Assembly: GCA_965202985.1 (NCBI GenBank)
Contig: CBDBCF010000001.1
Coordinates: 992,001-1,056,000 of the forward strand
DNA length: 64,000 nucleotides
From: Longimicrobiales bacterium
GTDB taxonomy: Bacteria > Gemmatimonadota > Gemmatimonadetes > Longimicrobiales > Gaopeijiaceae
Reading direction: 5' to 3'
The notes beneath the pieces were generated by a model. It had not been told where the DNA came from. It worked only from the letters and a program-made list of their open reading frames with translations, and did no database searches. Made by a program: the position numbers and the translations under genes. Shown here in pieces: positions 58,541 to 64,000 of this stretch (position 1 is its first letter; each line of letters begins with the position of its first letter).

Positions 58541-59908
58541 CTACGAAGCGTCGTCGATGGGTTCGGGCAGGCGCGGATCCTCGTTTTCCGTCGGCGAACC
58601 GCGGGACGGCACCGGCAGCCGACGACTCTGACGCCACAGCGGGATGGCGAACCCAACGCAGATCACGCCCACGGCAATGAGCGTCACGCTTCGAGCCCAC
58701 GCAACACCGGCGACGCCGTGACCGGGTGCAAGGAGAACAGCCGCCACGACCTGGATGACGATCGCGGTCCCCGGTGCGATCAGCGACAGCTTGATGCGCC
58801 CCAGGCCCAGGGGGAGCACGAACAGACCGCTGGTGGCGACCGATGCGAATACGCCGGGAAGCATGAGCAGGAGGAGGGCGGCGGCGTCCCCGGACTCGGG
58901 ATCGAACAGGACGATGACGTGTTCGCCAAGAAGGAACAGTCCTAGGCACGTTACGAGCGCGACCCCGATCAAGGTCGCGCAGAGGCGCAGCGCCAATCTG
59001 CGGAACCCCTCGCCGTCGGAACGAAACCAGTTCGTGCTGCACTCCGTCTGCACCGCGTGTGCGATCGGACTGGCCAGGGTCGAGGGGAACTCCGCAAACC
59101 TGCGCGCCACACCGTAGAGGCCGACTTGGACTTGTGTGGTAAGGACGCCCGCCAGCAGCATGTCCATCTGTTCGAATACGGCTCCGAGCTTTTTCGGCCA
59201 GAACGACCGCCGCAGAAAGTCGGCAACGCTGGTCGGGACAGCGCGAAGCGGCACCCGAGTCTGCCGCACCGGCAAACCCATCTGCCGGGCGGACCCCACA
59301 GCCGCAACAAAGAGACCTGTTGCGGCGAGCCCCATGCCCCCAGCCAGCACAGATACCACTGCAACCACGGAACCGCCCATAAGCCAAGCCATCGCCAGTC
59401 CCCAAACCTGAACCACGGCGCATGCAACCGTTACGGCGAATCCGCGTGCCAAACGGTCAGTCAGTCTCAAGACGGCCAAGCTGCTTGCCCGCACGTCGGT
59501 GTGCACGACCACGGTTCCGTACACGAGCAGCGCCATGGAGTCGGTCGAGCCGAGTCCGAACAGTCCGATCCCGCTAAAGGCGAACACCCCCAAGAGCCCG
59601 TAGCCCGCCAAGCCCAGCAACGCTGAGAGCTTGAAAACGGACCACATGATCGCCGCCGCTTCCCGAGGCCGGCCGTTGGCCATCGACCGGGTCATGAAGG
59701 TGGTGACAGCTTCCGGCCCCATCAGCGACGTCACGCCTTGAAACGCCAGCGCTATTGTCACGATCAACGAGAAGGCCCCGAACTGAGCCACATCCAGCAT
59801 ATTGGCCGTCAGGTACAACTGCGCTACGGACCTTGCGGATTCCACGACCGAGATGCCGACCATCCACGTCGACCGCCGCGCGACTTGTCCCTCAAGCTTC
59901 CGGAACAA
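58541..59908 (-). CDS. Wzx-like oligosaccharide flippase / polysaccharide biosynthesis protein
   Basis: Polytopic; L..AQFGAFS, MD..L.G......VGLYGVARR, HGVAGVAWA; start uncertain. Confidence 0.7.
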   Translation of the reverse strand: MFRKLEGQVARRSTWMVGISVVESARSVAQLYLTANMLDVAQFGAFSLIVTIALAFQGVTSLMGPEAVTTFMTRSMANGRPREAAAIMWSVFKLSALLGLAGYGLLGVFAFSGIGLFGLGSTDSMALLVYGTVVVHTDVRASSLAVLRLTDRLARGFAVTVACAVVQVWGLAMAWLMGGSVVAVVSVLAGGMGLAATGLFVAAVGSARQMGLPVRQTRVPLRAVPTSVADFLRRSFWPKKLGAVFEQMDMLLAGVLTTQVQVGLYGVARRFAEFPSTLASPIAHAVQTECSTNWFRSDGEGFRRLALRLCATLIGVALVTCLGLFLLGEHVIVLFDPESGDAAALLLLMLPGVFASVATSGLFVLPLGLGRIKLSLIAPGTAIVIQVVAAVLLAPGHGVAGVAWARSVTLIAVGVICVGFAIPLWRQSRRLPVPSRGSPTENEDPRLPEPIDDAS

Positions 59909-62012
59909 GGCCCACCTGTCTCATGAGGAACGCGAGCTCCATGGCTGCGTTGCGGACGTTGCGGCTGAACGCCCGACCGCCGGCGTGGCCCGCCCGAGGA
60001 TCGTAGTCCAGAATGATCGGCGCCCCGGACGCCGAAGCCGCTTGGAGTCGAGCCGTCATCTTGCGGGCTTGCAGCGGCGGCACGCGCGTGTCCAGGTCGC
60101 CTTGCGCAAGCATGAACGCGGGGTAGTCCACGCCGTCCTGCACACTTTGGTACGGCGAGAAGGTCCGGAGCACCGCGAACTCGCTGGCGACGGCGGCGTT
60201 GCCGTACTCCAGAAGCGCGGGAAGGTTGTTGGTCGTCGTGAACTGGTAGAAGCGAACCATGTCCAGGTCGGGGAACCCGCAGTAGACGACTCGAAACAGG
60301 TCCGGTCGCCGGGTCGCGGCGGCGGCGACCAGCAGCCCCCCGTTGCTCGAGCCGCGGATCGCTAAACGGTTCGGGTTCGTGTAGTCGTTCGCGACCAGCC
60401 ATTCCGCCGCCGCCACGAAATCGTCGAAGACGTTGGGCTTGTTCTCCAGCATCCCGGCGCGGTGCCACGTCTCGCCGAACTCGCCGCCGCCCCGCAACGT
60501 GGCGATCGCATAGACGCCGCCCTGCTCCATCCAGGCCGCGGCGCGCGCGTCGAACCGGGGAAGCAGGCTTACGTTGAAGCCGCCGTAGCCGTAAAGCAGG
60601 GCGGGCGCGTTGCCGGCGGGATCCAAGTCGCGCCGGTGAGCCACGTACATCGGCACCCGAGTGCCGTCGCGGGACGTGTACCACACCTGTGTCAGCTCGA
60701 AATCGGCGCCGTCGAAGGGCGTCTGGGGGGGCAACCATTCGTCCGCGTCGAGGGTCTCCATGTCCACCTCGAGCACGTGGGCGGGGGCCGTCAGGGAGCT
60801 CAGCGAGAGGAGCGCGCGCCCGTCGCGCCAGGTCCGAAGCGAGGCCGCGTGGTGGGGCGGCACATCGATTTCGCCGGTGGGCGCGCCGTCCATGCCGAAT
60901 CGCTCGATCCGCGTGCTCACGTTGTGCAGGTACTCGGCGTACAGGCTGCCGTCCGCGACATGGTAGTTCGCCAGCACATCGGAGGCTTCGGGCAGCACTT
61001 CGCGCCACTGCGACGGGTCCGAACCCGGGGCGTCCAGGTCCACGGCCACGACGCGGTTGTTCGGCGCGTCCAGGTTGGTCAGCATCAGGAGCTCGCCGTC
61101 CACGAAGCGGGGACGGAAGCGCGCGGCCTCGCCGACCACGAGGGCGACGGGCGGCGTGCCTTTTTGCGGATCGTGGACGTAGACATCGGAGCGCGCCCAA
61201 CCGTGCTGGACCGCGTAGACAAACCGGTCGCCGGCCCGGGACACGCTCAGAAAGCTCTCGGGGCCGATGCCGTCCCCGAACAGCTCGGCGTCGGCGGACG
61301 GCGGCGTGCCGAGAGCGTGGAACCGGAAGCGCGGCCCCGCCGTCCGCGACCGGTGGACGTAGTAGAAGCCGGCGCCTTCGGCGTCGAAGAAGATGCTGCC
61401 GTAGAGAGCCTGGGGCAGACGGTCGGGCAAGTCTCGGTCCTCTGCCAGGTCGCGAACTCGTATCTCCACCTCGTCGCGCCCGCCGTCCCGGACCGCGTAG
61501 AGCAGCAGGCTTCCGTCGGGCGAGAAGTCCCGGATCGCCGCGCTGGTCGTGCCGCTGGGGTTCAATTCCAGCGGATCGATCACGACTTCGTACTCCGCGT
61601 CCGCGTCCAGCGGTCGGTCGTCGGGCTCGGCCGGAGCCGGGCGGCGGTAGATCGCGGCGACCTCGCGTCCCTTCTTGCGCAAGGAGAAGTACTCGTGCTC
61701 TGCTGCGCGTCGCGGGTAGACGGGGCCGGGCACGTCCATGAGCTCCGCCAAGCGGTCTTCCAGCGCCCGGCGCAGCGGCGTGTTGCCGACGATCTGTTCG
61801 GCGTAGGCGTTTTGCGCGGCGATCCAGGTGCGCGTGGCGGGGCTGTCCTGATCTTCCAGCCAGCGATAGGGATCGACGAACGCGACGCCGTGGATCGTGT
61901 CGTGCACGGGCACGCGGGCCGTCTCGGGCGGCGGCGGCCAAGCGGGGCCGCAGGCCAGAAGCAAGGCCGTGGGCGCCAGGGCGGCCGGGAGACACGGAAG
62001 GAATCTGGACAT
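59892..62012 (-). CDS. Prolyl oligopeptidase (S9A), probable lipoprotein
   Basis: DPYRWLED, SRDGTRVPM, YGYGGF, RGGGEFGE.WH, GSSNGGLL, DTRV, GH; lipobox LLAC. Confidence 0.93.
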   Translation of the reverse strand: MSRFLPCLPAALAPTALLLACGPAWPPPPETARVPVHDTIHGVAFVDPYRWLEDQDSPATRTWIAAQNAYAEQIVGNTPLRRALEDRLAELMDVPGPVYPRRAAEHEYFSLRKKGREVAAIYRRPAPAEPDDRPLDADAEYEVVIDPLELNPSGTTSAAIRDFSPDGSLLLYAVRDGGRDEVEIRVRDLAEDRDLPDRLPQALYGSIFFDAEGAGFYYVHRSRTAGPRFRFHALGTPPSADAELFGDGIGPESFLSVSRAGDRFVYAVQHGWARSDVYVHDPQKGTPPVALVVGEAARFRPRFVDGELLMLTNLDAPNNRVVAVDLDAPGSDPSQWREVLPEASDVLANYHVADGSLYAEYLHNVSTRIERFGMDGAPTGEIDVPPHHAASLRTWRDGRALLSLSSLTAPAHVLEVDMETLDADEWLPPQTPFDGADFELTQVWYTSRDGTRVPMYVAHRRDLDPAGNAPALLYGYGGFNVSLLPRFDARAAAWMEQGGVYAIATLRGGGEFGETWHRAGMLENKPNVFDDFVAAAEWLVANDYTNPNRLAIRGSSNGGLLVAAAATRRPDLFRVVYCGFPDLDMVRFYQFTTTNNLPALLEYGNAAVASEFAVLRTFSPYQSVQDGVDYPAFMLAQGDLDTRVPPLQARKMTARLQAASASGAPIILDYDPRAGHAGGRAFSRNVRNAAMELAFLMRQVGLVPEA

Positions 62013-62073
62013 GCGCTGGCCGCCTCGTGGCGTGGGGGTACGGAAGGTCAATATCGCACGGGCGGCGGCGGTC

Positions 62074-63465
62074 TCAACTCAGCACGCGCCGCAGGGCAGC
62101 GAGTTCGGGGGGTGCGCGAACCGCGCGCACGGGGCGGTCCAGCACGGCGGCGATGCCGGGAGGGACCGGCACGGAACGCCCGACCAGAGGCTCCACGGTC
62201 TCGGCGAACTTGCCCGGGTGAGCCGTCGCCAGGACGATCCCGCGGGCGCCGGGTCGGCGCGCCAGCTCCGAGCGCAGGCCCAGGAGACCCACGGCGGTAT
62301 GGGGGTCCAGGACGATTCCGGTGCGGCGCCAAACGTCCTGGATGCAGTTCCGCGTCTCGTCGTCAGTCCACGAGGAGCCGGATACGATGTCCCGAGCAGC
62401 CTCCACGCCGCCGCCGAACAAGTGCAGCACGCGCAGCCAGTTGCTGGGGTTCCCGACGTCCATGGCGCTGGAGATCGTCGGCACGGAGGGGGCAGGTTCG
62501 TAGGCGCCGCCGGCAAGGTGGGCGGGGACGACGGCATTGGCGTTGGTAGGCGCCGCGAACCGCGCAATGGGCACCCCCAGGGCCCGGGCGACGAGCCCCG
62601 CCGCCAAGTTGCCGAAGTTTCCGGAGGGTACCGAGACGACCAAGTCGGGCGACCCCAAGGCTCCAGCATGCCGCCCGACGCGCTTCCTCCTTCCGGCGTC
62701 CTCCGACCGGGCCGCGTGCTCCGCCCAGGCGTGGGCGTAGTAGAACGTCTGGGGGAGCAGCCGGCCCACGTTGATGGAGTTGGCGGGCACCAGTCCGTGG
62801 GCACGGCGAAGGGCTGAGTCGGAAAGGGCTTCCCGCACGAGGCGCTGACATTCGTCGAAGGAGCCCTGAACGCCGACGGCGAGGACGTTGCCCCCCAGCG
62901 CGCAGAACTGGACGGCTTGCCGCGGGCTGACGCGCCCGTCCGGATAGAGCACGACCACGCGCGTGCCCGGCACGTCGAAGAACGCATGGGCCACGGCGGC
63001 CCCCGTGTCGCCGGACGTGGCCGCCAGGATCGTGAGGCGGCGGCGCTCGCCGGGGGGTCGGAACGCCGCCATGATGCGCGCCATGAACCGCGCGCCGACG
63101 TCCTTGAAGGCGTGGGTCGGCCCGTGGAAGAGCTCCAGCATGTGCACGCCCCGCTCCAGCCGACGCAGCGGTACGGGGAAGTCCAGGGCGTCTCGCACCA
63201 CGCCGCGCAGCACGTCCGCGGGCAGGGCGTCGCCCAGCAGATGGCGCGCGACGACGAAAGCGCGTTCATGGAACGACCGGCCCGCCATGTCCTGCAACCG
63301 GTCTTCGCGCATCGGCGCCAACGACGCCGGCACGAAGAGGCCGCCGCCCGGCGGGCTGCCTTGGAAGAGCGCGTCCTCGAACGTCCAGGCGCGCTCGTCG
63401 CCGGCGTCCGGCGAAACCGTCTCCGCGCGTCCGCCGGGCCCCCACCGGGCTACGGCCAGCTTCAC
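62074..63465 (-). CDS. thrC: Threonine synthase
   Basis: GGLFVP, LELFHGPTHAFKD, ATSGDTG, ANSINVGRL, VPSGNFGN, DPHTA, LATAHPGKF. Confidence 0.95.
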   Translation of the reverse strand: MKLAVARWGPGGRAETVSPDAGDERAWTFEDALFQGSPPGGGLFVPASLAPMREDRLQDMAGRSFHERAFVVARHLLGDALPADVLRGVVRDALDFPVPLRRLERGVHMLELFHGPTHAFKDVGARFMARIMAAFRPPGERRRLTILAATSGDTGAAVAHAFFDVPGTRVVVLYPDGRVSPRQAVQFCALGGNVLAVGVQGSFDECQRLVREALSDSALRRAHGLVPANSINVGRLLPQTFYYAHAWAEHAARSEDAGRRKRVGRHAGALGSPDLVVSVPSGNFGNLAAGLVARALGVPIARFAAPTNANAVVPAHLAGGAYEPAPSVPTISSAMDVGNPSNWLRVLHLFGGGVEAARDIVSGSSWTDDETRNCIQDVWRRTGIVLDPHTAVGLLGLRSELARRPGARGIVLATAHPGKFAETVEPLVGRSVPVPPGIAAVLDRPVRAVRAPPELAALRRVLS

Positions 63466-64000
63466 AGGACAGCTTCGAGGACGCGGGCGCCCGCTTGGCC
63501 GACGCCGGAGACGATCAGATCGGAAGCCGCGCCCGCCTCTTCGCGAAAGCCGTCCGCCATGGCTTGGGCGACTCTGTCGGCAACGGACTGTCCCCGGCAG
63601 AGGGCGAAGACCGACGGCCCCGAACCGGACAGTCCCGCACCGGCGGCGCCCGCTTCCAACGCCAGCGCCTTGACGGCTTCGAAGCCCGGCACCAGGGGCG
63701 CCCGAAAGGGCTCGGCCACCGCGTCGTGCACCGAGCGCGCAAGAAGCGCCCAGTCCTCTTCGTACAGCGCGGCGACCAAGCCCGCCGTGCTTCCCCACTG
63801 GCGCACGGCCGCGGCCAGCGGAACCGAGTCGTTCAAGACGGCGCGGGCCCGCGCCGTCTCCACTTCCATGCGCGGGCGCACCACCGCCACCACGAGATCG
63901 TCGGGCGCCGGCAGGCGAACGATCCGCACGGGGTCGCCCGGCGCCGCCAAGACGATCCCGCCGGCCAGGGCCGGGGCGGCGTTGTCGGGGTGGCCCGCGC
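63462..64000 (-). CDS. thrB: Homoserine kinase, 5' end outside window
   Basis: HPDNAAPALAGG, T..ARAVL, D..AEPFR, GLSGSGPSV; coupled to thrC. Confidence 0.9.
   Translation of the reverse strand, partial: AGHPDNAAPALAGGIVLAAPGDPVRIVRLPAPDDLVVAVVRPRMEVETARARAVLNDSVPLAAAVRQWGSTAGLVAALYEEDWALLARSVHDAVAEPFRAPLVPGFEAVKALALEAGAAGAGLSGSGPSVFALCRGQSVADRVAQAMADGFREEAGAASDLIVSGVGQAGARVLEAVL

Noticed and set aside
23..63950. Numerous long overlapping Arg/Gly/Pro/Ala-rich ORFs and long 5' extensions in the six-frame track
   Set aside because: Expected in high-GC DNA with few stop codons; they have no recognisable motifs and overlap well-supported genes.

Overview
High-GC bacterial chromosomal window. The SusC/SusD style and gene content suggest Gemmatimonadota (inference only). 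I found no rRNA, tRNA, CRISPR array, transposase or integrase. In order, the window holds: (i) an envelope/uptake block with two di-haem (DHOR-family) proteins flanking SusC/SusD, a Gld-like ABC module and a 33-bp-repeat coiled-coil gene, then a parvulin PPIase, DUF4399, DUF2182 and DUF1326; (ii) a coupled + strand operon of cyclophilin, SRPBCC, YbdK ligase, hotdog thioesterase, an amidohydrolase::5'-nucleotidase-C fusion and a Tat metallophosphoesterase; (iii) an accessory glycan-modification cluster (beta-helix protein, methyltransferase::sulfotransferase, deacetylase, GT4, two GT2 paralogues, SGNH remnant); (iv) a complete his operon with HisC::HAD and HisA::HisI::HisE fusions; (v) an SSS symporter, OsmC-like protein, aminotransferase, M16 pair, Nudix, ECF sigma/anti-sigma, holA, copA, mutS, TonB, CBS, ddl, MATE, flippase, prolyl oligopeptidase, thrC and partial thrB. 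Three signals stand out. First, a ~0.96 kb GT2 segment (27658-28616) appears inverted, and flipping it at a CCGC/GCGG microhomology gives one uninterrupted 1319-aa four-domain ORF. Second, the OsmC-like gene has an in-frame UGA at the catalytic Cys position followed by a SECIS-like hairpin (likely selenoprotein). Third, the DHOR-SusCD-Gld locus is rich in Cys/His motifs. Family calls come from motif recognition by eye, and start codons were adjusted using RBS and stop/start overlaps.
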